Both the position numbers and the translations under genes were made by a program. The notes beneath the pieces were generated by a model that saw only the letters and a list, made by a program, of their open reading frames with translations, searched no databases and was not told where the DNA came from. Of a stretch of DNA of 64,000 nt, positions 54,009-64,000 are shown in pieces (position 1 is the first letter of the stretch; every line of letters starts with the position of its first letter). This DNA is from Octopus vulgaris (taxonomy: Eukaryota): NCBI GenBank assembly GCA_951406725.2, contig OX597815.1:34224001-34288000 (forward strand). The letters are read 5' to 3'.

Positions 54009-54899
54009 ACCAAACCTAACTGTATTTCAGTAATCGATTCATCCCCACAATATCCCTTGTACTACAACGATATGATTGTATCTATAAGATATTTCTTTTT
54101 GCAAGCGTTCATTATTGTGTGGTATCGTTTGTTCCTGCGTTGTCCTTTTTGTTTTGTGCACTGTTACACAAAACATGTTTGTTTAGTAATCATTTTTACG
54201 TTTACGTGAAATTATTGTCAAAATGTGAAAGCAAATAAAATTTAGTCTATAAAGACCAATTTTTTTCCTTTTTTTTTTTTACCTCTGAGTATCATTAGAC
54301 AGACATCCACAAGTAACTAATATCCTTACTGTTAAGTGCTTCAAAAAGTGCCCTACAAAACTCACAGTTATCTTTATTCAGTCAAGGAACTCCACAGTTT
54401 CAGGATTACTCTGATCACTAAGGCCAAGTGCACTCTCTTTTCTCTGTCTATAATCATTGACACTAAAATCATTTGTTCGAGTCATGGTCACCACTCTCAC
54501 CAACGTTTTCACATTACTGAAGGACAGCATCTCTCTCTCTCCACCCCCTCTCTCACTCTCTCTCTCGCTTTCTCTTCCACTCATTTTTCTGTGTCAAATT
54601 TGAAAATCGAAGAGAGCTTGGTCGAACAGGAAAGTATCTAACTTTTGTCCCTTTAGTCGCATTCATCACACACCCCACTTTCCTCATAGCTACCAGATAG
54701 AAGAAAAGTAACTGACAGTCCAGAGTAAATGAAGATGGCAGGGTTAATCTCACGACGGACTCGATCAGTAGCCATACCGTCTAACACGCGACGACAGCTG
54801 TTCGACAAATTATACACGTAATGTCATGAATAGGCTATTGTTAGCACTGCAGATTATGTTGGCTTCTGCTGTAGACAGAAAGTTCTCAGGTGATTGATA

Positions 54900-55232
54900 C
54901 TACCACATTCGTGGAGCCGAGACAGTTTGCTCCCACCATAACATGGAGCTGAGTGCCGTTTTGAGAAATCTATCCAGTTTGGGATCGTCTCTAGGTTTTC
55001 TCTAGGTTTTCTGTCTATACTTGAATTAGAATCTTTAGCCCCATCCCAGTCCAAATTTTCATTTCGGAATCTTTTTGTTCTTAGCAGTGTACTGAGGTCT
55101 TAGAAACTATACATTTCACCACCTACCTGAAGTTTAGTTCCGATGGTAGACTTGGGATTTTTTCCTTCTTTCCATCCTGGATGGATGAGTATCAGTGCAA
55201 AATCTTCAATTCTTTGTGGGGCAATGGAGAGT
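54900..55232 (-). mobile_element. Decayed CR1-type LINE 3' ORF2 fragment
   Basis: RFRNENLDWDGAK..KLDRFLKT resembles a CR1 ORF2 C-terminus. Confidence 0.5.
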
Positions 55233-55335
55233 TTCAAGGCCAGGGTTTCTGAGAAGGAAATGAACAAACAAAACACAAAATAAATAGAGAACCAGCGAGT
55301 TCTAATTGGCTGAAACGACTATTATATAACAAAAT

Positions 55336-55627
55336 TTCGGGAGTTGTTGCGTGCTCCTGTAATCCGTCTATTCGGAGGCCTGGCTGGTTGGCCGGTTTGA
55401 AGATGGGAGTCATGGTAGTCGATTTTCTATGGCAATCGGATTCCCGCGCTAAGCTCGGCATCAGTATGGTGCTGGAGAGGTAGCTCATCAGAACCAGATT
55501 GTCTAAGGAGGGTCACTTCGTCTCAGGGTGGAAATGCAGCAGGCAAAAGACTCCGTTTTCGAGCAGTAGTTATATGAATAGTCGTCAGCTGGCAGCCTGT
55601 TCGACATATAACTGAACTCCAACCTTT
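55336..55627 (+). pseudogene. 7SL: 7SL (SRP) RNA retrocopy, near full length
   Basis: Colinear with metazoan 7SL: Alu domain CGGG..CCTGTAATCC..GGAGGC, S domain CGC.CTAAG.TCGGCATCA.TATGGTG, CTAAGGAGGG, helix 8 CAGG..GGAAA...AGCAGG, 3' TGAATAG..CAGCCTG..ACATA; ~10-nt deletion after CAGTAGT; followed by A13. Confidence 0.88.
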
Positions 55628-55640
55628 AAAAAAAAAAAAA

Positions 55641-55706
55641 TTAAAGCGATGCTCCAGTATGGCCACAGTCACAGTGACTGAAGCAAGTAAAAGGATAAAG
55701 GATAAA
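55641..55706 (+). mobile_element. LINE/SINE A-type 3' tail fused to the 7SL copy
   Basis: AAAGCGATGCTCCAGTATGGCCACAGTCACAGTGACTGAAGCAAGTAAAAGGATAAAGGATAA. Confidence 0.8.
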
Positions 55707-56935
55707 TTAACAACTTTTGAACATTTGAACCGGCGGACAAACTTACGAGCGACTTGAAATGATGTGCTGCTGACACCAAAACAACCACAATAAAGACACA
55801 ACGCTATAAAATTTGCATGGTTGATTATATTGATTCGGTTATGATTTGAACTCAGAATGTAAAGAGAGGCAAATAATACAAGCTCTACTGAATATGTCAT
55901 TCAGTGTACAGATTGTTACTAATTGTAACATCAAAAGATGGAAATTATCAAAATAAATAATAACTATAAATAAGACATCGTTACATACGGCGATATCTTA
56001 CAGGGCGGTGATTCTAATAATGAGAGACCAGACAGGCGACAATAGAAGAAAAACTAAAGAACATACTATCAGATAAAAATTAATCTATATGAGGAAATAG
56101 CATTAATTGTCTGAACACAAGAAAATACTTCTCATTTATGTCTTATCTTGTTATTTTCTTAATGAAAACGAAAGAAAAAAAATTATGAAAACATCTAATT
56201 CTAAATACGAAGAATGAAACATGGCACTCTGTTTCTTTTCACGTTTCTTGTGGAATTATGGTATGTCTAAGCTGGATAAAATGTTATAGATGAGAAATAA
56301 CAGAGTTGCGTGTGTGGGAAGCATTTACCTTAGATAATATTATGTAACGTGAAATAATGTTATTAGATAAAATACGTAAAACAAATCTTTCGTGACATTT
56401 CATATAACTAAGAAATAAATCTGTGTGATAGGTGATAGAGATACAGATGCAAAGGCCAATGACGAAATGATAGCCATTAAGCTGTCCCTAAATTTTAATC
56501 TATGCATGTGATTATTTCATATCAAGTTAGATTTATTATTTTAACTTGAAAGCATGTACAACGTTAGCAGACCATCACTAATTTCATCGGATTCCGGGGT
56601 TTAGCCTATGTTAATATCGAGATAAAGTTGACTGTCGACTAAAGTGTTAAACTCTCTAATTGTGAGCTCATAAAACAATATCAAATTGATTTCAGTAATA
56701 TATTATGCATTAACTATGAAAATTTGGCACTTTCGTAGTTTAAAACGGTAGGAGCTAAAAGAAATAATATTTCTTAATTTTAGCACCCATAAAATTTATT
56801 GGTTGAATGGATAGAAGAAAAATTGCTTCCATTTACGTTCGATGCCATAATGTATGAATGTGTAGGCACCTAAAGCAGGAATAGATATTGGTTTGTAACA
56901 CTAGCAGCACAGAACCAGAAATATTAAGGGAGAGT

Positions 56936-57155
56936 AGGCGAGCTGGCAGAAACGTTAGCACGCCGAGCGAAATGCGTAGCCGTATTTCGTTTGCCGTTAC
57001 GTTCTGAGTTCAAATTCCGCCGAGGTCGACTTTGCCTTTCATCCTTTCGGGGTCGATTAAATAAGTACCAGTTACGCACTGGCGTCGACTTAATCCGTTT
57101 GTCTGTCCTTGTTTGTCCTCTCTGTGTTTAGCCCCTTGTGGGTAGTAAAGAAATA
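56936..57155 (+). mobile_element. SINE family B, full length
   Basis: GGCGAGCTGGCAGAAACGTTAGCAC..GAGTTCAAATTCC..GCCTTTCATCCTTTCGGGGTCGAT..AGCCCCTTGTGGGTAGTAAAGAAATA. Confidence 0.9.
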
Positions 57156-57376
57156 GATATTACTGACCTCAGAACTTCACCCCGAATAGAGAATGGTAAA
57201 GTTAGGGTGGGCGGAACGCTCACATAAATATAAATATTACTATACATACACGGATTCGCGCGCGCTTAAGTACGCACTCATGTGCGTATGTATGAATGTA
57301 TGTATGAATGTATGTATGTATGTATGTATGTATGTATGTATGTATGTATGCATGCATGCATGCATGTATGTATGTA

Positions 57377-58280
57377 ATGCTTTGCTCCGGGTTGTAGGAT
57401 ATTATGCAGATGAGATTCCAAGATGGCAAGACGACTATTCGTGAGAGTGTATCCCCACACGTCTCCACCGTCTTCGCTCTATGGAGTAGATTCGCAACCC
57501 TTTCAATCTCTCCCAGTAGCTCAAGTGTTTCATTGATACAATCTTCTTGGTGTAACACCGGTGAACTGCTTCGAGCTGCGCTATTAACTTGATACTGTAG
57601 GGTGGTCATAGTTGAAAACAGACGGGGATCATAGTTAAAGTCCAGACGACTGAGGTCAAATGCCCTTGATAGGATTAGCATAATTTCGTAGACCCTAGAT
57701 CTGAAAGTTCTCAGAATCCATCCTACCTTTCGCCTGCAGGTTGCCATCTTGATAGTATGTACATGAAACGAGTCGTTGTTGCTCATATCAATCCCCAGGT
57801 GACACACCGTGTTTGACTCTGGGATTGCCACTCGCTTTGGTCCAGAGTATTTTTGTTGCAGTGTACTAGCACAAGCTGGCTTGTAGCAGGGAGCTTGGAA
57901 TTTTCTTGCATTAAATCGCATGTTATTTTCTGATCTTTCTAAATTAGTATTACTTTTGTGTCGTCGGTAGAGCTAGTAAGAGTGACCGTCTATATAACTG
58001 ATGGCATGTCTGAGGGGGCCTCCAACAACAGCGGCGGTCCAAGATAATTTCTCTGGGGCTCTCCACTCGCTATTAATGTTTCCTTGAAGAGAGCTCCAAC
58101 TACTTTTTTCCAGCTATGCCGAGTCTTTGTACCTTGTGACATATCTTCCCATGATGAACCTTTTCAAAGACCTGTGCAATATCGAGATATATCACTTCCA
58201 CGTTTGAGCGAATCGTAACTTGCATTAAGACCCAGTCTTCATGCTGCAGAAGCTCTGTACGGCTGCTTCTTCTTGAGAAG
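57377..58280 (-). mobile_element. Decayed CR1-type LINE ORF2 fragment
   Basis: VIYLDIAQVFEKVHHG, RFNARKFQ, HLGIDMS, GWILRTFRSR..LSRLD. Confidence 0.85.
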
Positions 58281-59039
58281 TATGTATAGTATATCTTGTG
58301 TGTACAAATAGATGTATGACTGTTACTATTGATTACGCGTTAGGCAGTGATATGTATAAAGCAGTGTTACTACCTGGAAAGAGGGCGTTGCGAACTGATC
58401 TAGGTGTGTTTACACCATTGTCAACAGCAAGAAATTTTCTCCATGACAAAACACAGTGAATGGCTTGTGAATTGCCACAAGAATATTCAAACTGGTAATA
58501 ATATTGCATGTTACTGCTGAGTTTAGAGCTCAAAGTATATTACCGTCATGTCGTCTGTTTCCACTCCAGTGGTTTAGTTACTCCGTAGTATTACTAGTTA
58601 TGATATACGGAGCAAATGTGGGAGTAATTACGATAAGGACAAGGTGATATATTTTGTTTCTATATACGTTTCACTATTGTGGCTCTTTGGAACTTAACAT
58701 TGGATATTCCAAGTGCAATTGGGAACACTTTATTGAATTATGTTACAAAAAACAAAAATCTGAAGTTCGATGGCGAAACATTTTATGAATATTTTGAGAG
58801 GGAAATAGAAAGCAAAGGGCAGAGAGAGAGGGAGAGATTGGAGGACTACACACACATCCATCCATCCATCCATCCATCCACACATACATACATACATACA
58901 TACATACATACATACATACATACATGCATATGTATACAGACACACAATTTTTACAAAGCATAAAACTGGTTATAAATACTAAAATAATGGTAGTAGACAG
59001 ATATGATTCTAATGTAACATTTATTACAACAGAAACGTT

Positions 59040-59973
59040 TATCATTCAACATGGCACGCACGATTCAGGTCTTCAAACAGTTGACGCTCGAGTGTAGTGA
59101 AGCATTGGTCCTTGCTTGAAGTACGCCCAATAAAAAGTAATCGAGAAGGTTGAAATCTGGATTATTACTGAGCCAGATGTTGGCCCTCACAAAAAATGGC
59201 ACGTCCTCCTCAAGGAAGGCCTGCAGCACTTTTGACTCATGGCAAGGGGCAGAATCCTAGATAAGCACCACATTGTCAAGTCCAAACGTCAGCTCCATCC
59301 AAAGTAACAAAGAGTTCTTCAGGATGTCCAGATACTCTTTTCTGCCGATCTTCAAGCCGAACTCAATGAAGTGTGGATCCATGATACTTCCATCACTCGC
59401 CACGGCTCTAAATACCATCACAGAGGCAGGATCCTTTGTCCCAATCATAGTGGGGAATTTCTGAGAATCACTTCAGTGTCCACCGTGAACTTCTCATCCG
59501 CTGTGAGCTTCTCGTCCACAAACATGAGAATTTTTTCTGCACCTTAATGACAAAACTTTGGGCATCTATTGGCCTTGGCTATTAGGAGGTGACAGCGTCG
59601 TCGAACATAGCTAGTCATGCCAAGGTTCTTGTTCACAGCTCTGAACATCGTGGAAAGGGGCACATTGCATTTCTTTGCCAGAGTTGTCATGGATGTGGAT
59701 GGCTTGGCTTCAATCGAGCACTTGAGGCCAGCGAGAAACTTTGGATTGCGCTTGGAATCACTTCGAGATTTGTGTTTTTTTATCAATCTTACCCTCTTCT
59801 TTGAATTGTTTATACACACAGCAAACTGTTGCTTTTGGAAGTTTCGCCAACTTAATAACTTTATTGGCAGTGTACCCGGCCTTTCAAGCAAGAAAGGTTT
59901 TGTCAAAAAATGAAATGTTAAACCTACTATGTCAACTGCTTAAACTTGGTCTTAATTTATCTGCAAGACCCTG
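59040..59973 (-). mobile_element. Decayed Tc1/mariner-superfamily (maT/DD37D-like) transposon
   Basis: Starts TA|CAGGGTCTTGCAG; HTH-like SMTTLAKKCNVPLSTMFRAV, FVDEK, PASVMVFRAVASDG, DSAPCH, PDFNLLDY. Confidence 0.85.
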
Positions 59974-59979
59974 TATATT

Positions 59980-60185
59980 CTTTTACTCGTTTCACTCATT
60001 TGATTGCAGCCACGCTGGAACACCGCCTTAAAGGGTTTTAGTCGAAGACCACAGGACTTATGCTTTGTAAGCCTAGTATCTATTCTGTTGGCCTCTTTTG
60101 CTGAACCACTAAGTTACGGTGACGTAACTACACTATCAGCAGTTGTCAAGCGATGACGGGAGGACAAACATTGACACAAAGACAC
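59980..60185 (-). mobile_element. SINE family A, 3' half
   Basis: Tail and body match. Confidence 0.8.
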
Positions 60186-60231
60186 ACACACATATATGTA
60201 TATATTCATACATGCATACATATACATATAC

Positions 60232-60295
<64 letters not shown>

Positions 60296-60436
60296 ATGTA
60301 TGTATGTATGTATGTATGTATGTATGTATGTATGTAGTCAATCCAATCATGAACAAGCAAGAAAAAACAACAACGCGAGGAAGTGGAATAAGTACAGTGT
60401 TACTGGACGCTCAAGAAAGGAAAGAAAAGAAAGAGG

Positions 60437-60471
60437 ATTCCACGTTTTGAGCGGAGCTCTTCCTCAGAAAT
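60437..60471 (-). ncRNA. Degenerate minimal hammerhead in a ~175-bp insert (60335-60510) within (TATG)n
   Basis: ATTT-CTGAGGA-A-GAGC-TCC-GCTC-AAAA-CGTG-GAAT; G12>A fits CpG decay; cleavage triplet mutated. Confidence 0.45.
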
Positions 60472-60507
60472 ATAGAAAAGTCCAAAGAAGGGAAGACGGA
60501 GAAAGAA

Positions 60508-60538
<31 letters not shown>

Positions 60539-60564
60539 TGTATGTATGTATGTATGTATGTATG

Positions 60565-60593
<29 letters not shown>

Positions 60594-60596
<3 letters not shown>

Positions 60597-60930
60597 GCTG
60601 GACTCAAGAGTCATCTTCGTAGTCATAAAGCGAGACAGATGAGTGATAACCTGGCCACTGGTGATGGTGTTACACACCATACTAATCATATCTGTCGAGC
60701 ATGTGGAAGAGAGTGTAATTCGGCAGGTGGACTTAAACGACATGCAAAGGTACATGAAGCCCAGTTACAACTACAGCCGGCTATTACCGGTAAAGGTTTT
60801 AGTGGCCAATTCTGTACAAGACATTGTAGATCTTTAGCTGGGCTAAAAAGTCACATTCGATCACAGCACCAGTAACAGCTAAGCTTTGTGCAATGGCCAT
60901 ACTCCATAACGAGGGGGCAGCCATAATAAT
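60594..60930 (+). mobile_element. RTE-type LINE 3' end with C2H2 zinc-finger-like motifs
   Basis: AGLKSHLRSH..CRACGRECNSAGGLKRHAKVH..CTRHCRSLAGLKSHIRSQHQ*; short 3' UTR ending in ATAATAAT; embedded in (TATG)n. Confidence 0.7.
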
Positions 60931-61769
60931 GTATGTATGTATGTATGTATATTTGTGTGTATGTACGTATTGTATGTAAGAACATCAATTTTCCGTTATC
61001 TTTGGTCAAGACGCGTGCCAGATTATTCATTTTGCCGGATTAACAGAGCTTACATAAAGAAATTCTGAAGTAAATACTTAGAAGTCTACTACCACTTCAA
61101 CATTTTCGCTATTAGACTGTTGTTTATTCACTAGAATCATGTTATAACGTTCGATAAATTCTTGCAGTCTTCTATAATAACATGAAGGTGAAAATACTTA
61201 AAACCAAATCTCAAGCTACTGAGTCACTGGGCCTTCACTGGACATTGTCTTGAAACGTAACAGGGAAGGGCATATGTTTTCCTTTTCCTTTTTCATGGTG
61301 GAACACTATATTTTCTGTAGTGAAGATAAGTTATCTGTCAACTTGGTCTTCATAAAGAAAGGGTTCTTCGGCGGTTAGTACGTGGTGTTAGATTTAGTTT
61401 TAAACATTTGCATCTTCATATGATTTACGATAGGTGAATGGAAAATGCTTTTGCCATCATGATATGTTACTTGTTACTAAACCCATGTATGTAGTGAGAA
61501 CCATGTAACGAAAATGTCATTAATATCGGCAACCTAAAATTAAAGTATCCTCATATAATCATGTCCAGATTAAATGAGGTACCGCATCATCATTTGATCG
61601 GAAATGTACTTGTATTATGATAATAATAATTTTCGGGGTTGTTACGTAATAAGTTTAATAATATTCAGGAATATTTGAATAATTGGCAGAAGAGCAAAAC
61701 ACAATCGCTCAGCTTTTTGCTGATATCTTGTTGGCTGTCTTTTACTGGTCCGATGATTATCTTTTATCT

Positions 61770-61848
61770 TTCACGTGTTTCAATCATTGAACTGCGGCCA
61801 TGCTGGGATGCTGCATTCAAGAATTTTAGTTGAACAAATCGATCCCAG

Positions 61849-61880
<32 letters not shown>

Positions 61881-61898
61881 ATTATTATTATTATTATT

Positions 61899-61951
<53 letters not shown>

Positions 61952-62213
61952 TATTATTCTAATTTTGTAAAGCCTGTTATTTATCCTATCAGACTCTTTT
62001 TACCAAACCGATAAGTTAAGGGGACGTAAACACACCAACACCGGTTGTCAAGCTGTAGTGGTGGACAAACGCCTACACGAAGACACACACGCATGCGACG
62101 CGACGGGCAATGGATTTGGTCAGCCCGAGGCTATAGTAGAAGACGCTTGCTCAAGGCGAACCCGAAACCATGTAGCTGAGAAACAAACCTCTTACCACAC
62201 AGCCACCCCTGCG
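61770..62213 (-). mobile_element. SINE family A, diverged, with expanded internal trinucleotide tract
   Basis: Head, body and tail remnants. Confidence 0.75.
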
Positions 62214-62337
62214 CTTATTCAGATTTTAAAATATAAGACTGTAGGTTACGATGCATAGCCATTAAAATATTATTTCCCTTATTAATTTCGCCCTCCTATT
62301 CTGACTTGGTTCGTTAAAAGTTTTAAGTTATTATACC

Positions 62338-62545
62338 TATTTCTTCACTACCCTCAAGGGGCTAAACACGGAGGGGACAAACAAGGACAGACATAGGTAT
62401 TAAGTCGATTACATCGACCCCAGTGCGTCACTGGTACTTATTTAATCGACCCCGAAAGGATGAAAGGCAAAGTCGACCTCGGCGGAATTTGAACTCAGAA
62501 CGTAACGGCAGACGAAATACCGCAAAGCATTTCGCCCGGCGTGCT
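62338..62545 (-). mobile_element. SINE family B, 5'-truncated
   Basis: Matches 56936-57155. Confidence 0.88.
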
Positions 62546-63097
62546 ATATGCCCGTTAGGCTATATGCCGTTTCAAGTTGTATTCACACATACACATAACA
62601 CGCACATTGACATACATACTAGATATATATATACATGCATTCAGACATACGTGTTTCATCTTTTTTCAGATGATAGCTGCCTCAAATTCAACGTGATTCT
62701 TCTGATTTACTTTAATCCTTGCATGTGAGCAGATAACAGTCGCCATAGGAATTTATAAAATACAAAACGGATCAAGAAATGAAATGATAAGGAGACATCT
62801 GTATATCATTCGATTTAACTGATAAAACATTGTACGACTATTCTACAGCTCTCTCGATTGCCATAGCAGGTTCCAATGACAAGCATTGCAAGATGACAGA
62901 TACTATTTTGACTGCAAGTTTTAAGTGAGAGCATCCTTCTCCTAGAAGAGCTGCCTTCCCCACAGCTTTGTCAAAAATAAGAACAGCCTCCTAGTTATCT
63001 CATAGATGGGACCCTGACAGGTACAAAAATTCATACATGTCCTGTACCCATATATGCATGTATATACACATATTATATGTAGGTATATACATATATA

Positions 63098-63508
63098 CTC
63101 TTTTTACTCTTTTACTTGTTTCAGTCATTTGACTGTGACCATGCTGGGGCACCGCCTTTTAGTCGAGCAAATCGACCCCAGGACTTATTCTTTGTAAGCC
63201 TAGTACTTATTCTATCGGTCTCTTTTGCCGAACCGCTAAGTTACGGGAACGTAAATACAACAGCATCGGTTGTCAAGCGATGTTGGGGGGACAAACACAG
63301 GCACACAAACTTATGCACACACATACATATATATACACATATATACGACGGGCTTCTTTCAGTTTCTGTCTACCAAATCCACTCACAAGGCTTTGGTCGA
63401 CCCGAGGCTATAGTAGAAGACACTTGCCCAAGGTGCCACGCAGTGGGACTGAACCCGGAATTGTGTGGTTGGTAAGCAAGCTACTTACCACACAGCCACT
63501 CCTGCGCC
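63098..63508 (-). mobile_element. SINE family A, full length
   Basis: Matches other copies. Confidence 0.92.
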
Positions 63509-63887
63509 TATATGTATGTATATATGCATATATTTATATATTATTTATATAAATATATGATTGAACGACACGCATCCTTTTCCAAGTAAGTGTTATCTTA
63601 ATAATTACGATGCTCACTCTTCTATCTTTACTATCTCTTCTCTGTCTATCTTTCTCTCTCTCTTGTTCTTCATCCTTTCTGGTTTTCTCTCCCACCCTTC
63701 CCTATTCTTCTCCTCTCCTCTTCACCGTTCCCTCTCTCTCTCATTCCTCCTCCTCATCACGTGTCAACTCTCTCGTCACTGACACGTGACGAAATAGAAT
63801 CTATCTTTCTGCCAATTACCTTCCTAAAGACAACACGTGCTTATACTGTCTCCTCTCACAAGCTCCTCTTCCTAGCGTTCATAATAA

Positions 63888-64000
63888 TTTTTCTATCGTC
63901 TTGACTTGACAGTCCTCACCGTTTGTTTTTACTGTTTTGTTCTCACTGTCTTGTTCTTGTTACCACTTTCATCCTCCGCAAAAAATCCCAAATTTTATTT
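63888..64000 (+). mobile_element. Penelope-like repeat family P, running off the window end (may begin ~63560)
   Basis: TCGTCTTGACTT.ACA..CCTCA.CGT..CCACTTTCA.CCTCCGCAAAAA.TCCCAAATTTTATTT is the reverse complement of 27839-27990. Confidence 0.7.

Noticed and set aside
55336-55627. Functional 7SL gene
   Set aside because: Internal deletion, only TTT before an A-run, and a retroposon tail indicate a retrocopy
58374-58491. Possible upstream exon on minus (FEYSCGNSQAIH..ALFP)
   Set aside because: Weak splice sites, phase incompatible with the next candidate exon, and an equally open frame on the opposite strand

Overview
AT-rich, microsatellite-dense eukaryotic DNA. The SINE families and (TA)n/(TATG)n/(CA)n landscape suggest an octopus genome (inference). 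Almost all ORFs in the supplied track are microsatellite artefacts. Supported content: about 30 SINE copies from three tRNA-type families; decayed CR1-, RTE- and mariner-type fragments; a TA-target MITE; an ORF1-only LINE-like element inserted into a SINE with a 16-bp TSD; a near-full-length 7SL (SRP) RNA retrocopy fused to a LINE/SINE 3' tail; and two or three small minus-strand exons of an unidentified membrane protein. The most striking signal is a set of short non-coding elements beside (TA)n/(TATG)n tracts with direct and inverted terminal duplications, each carrying a minimal hammerhead ribozyme (HHR) motif. This is the Penelope-like pLTR/retrozyme architecture. The set includes two palindromes with an HHR on each strand, core variants, and one family whose three hammerhead strands appear in a non-circularly permuted order. 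All calls are from manual reading; no searches were run.
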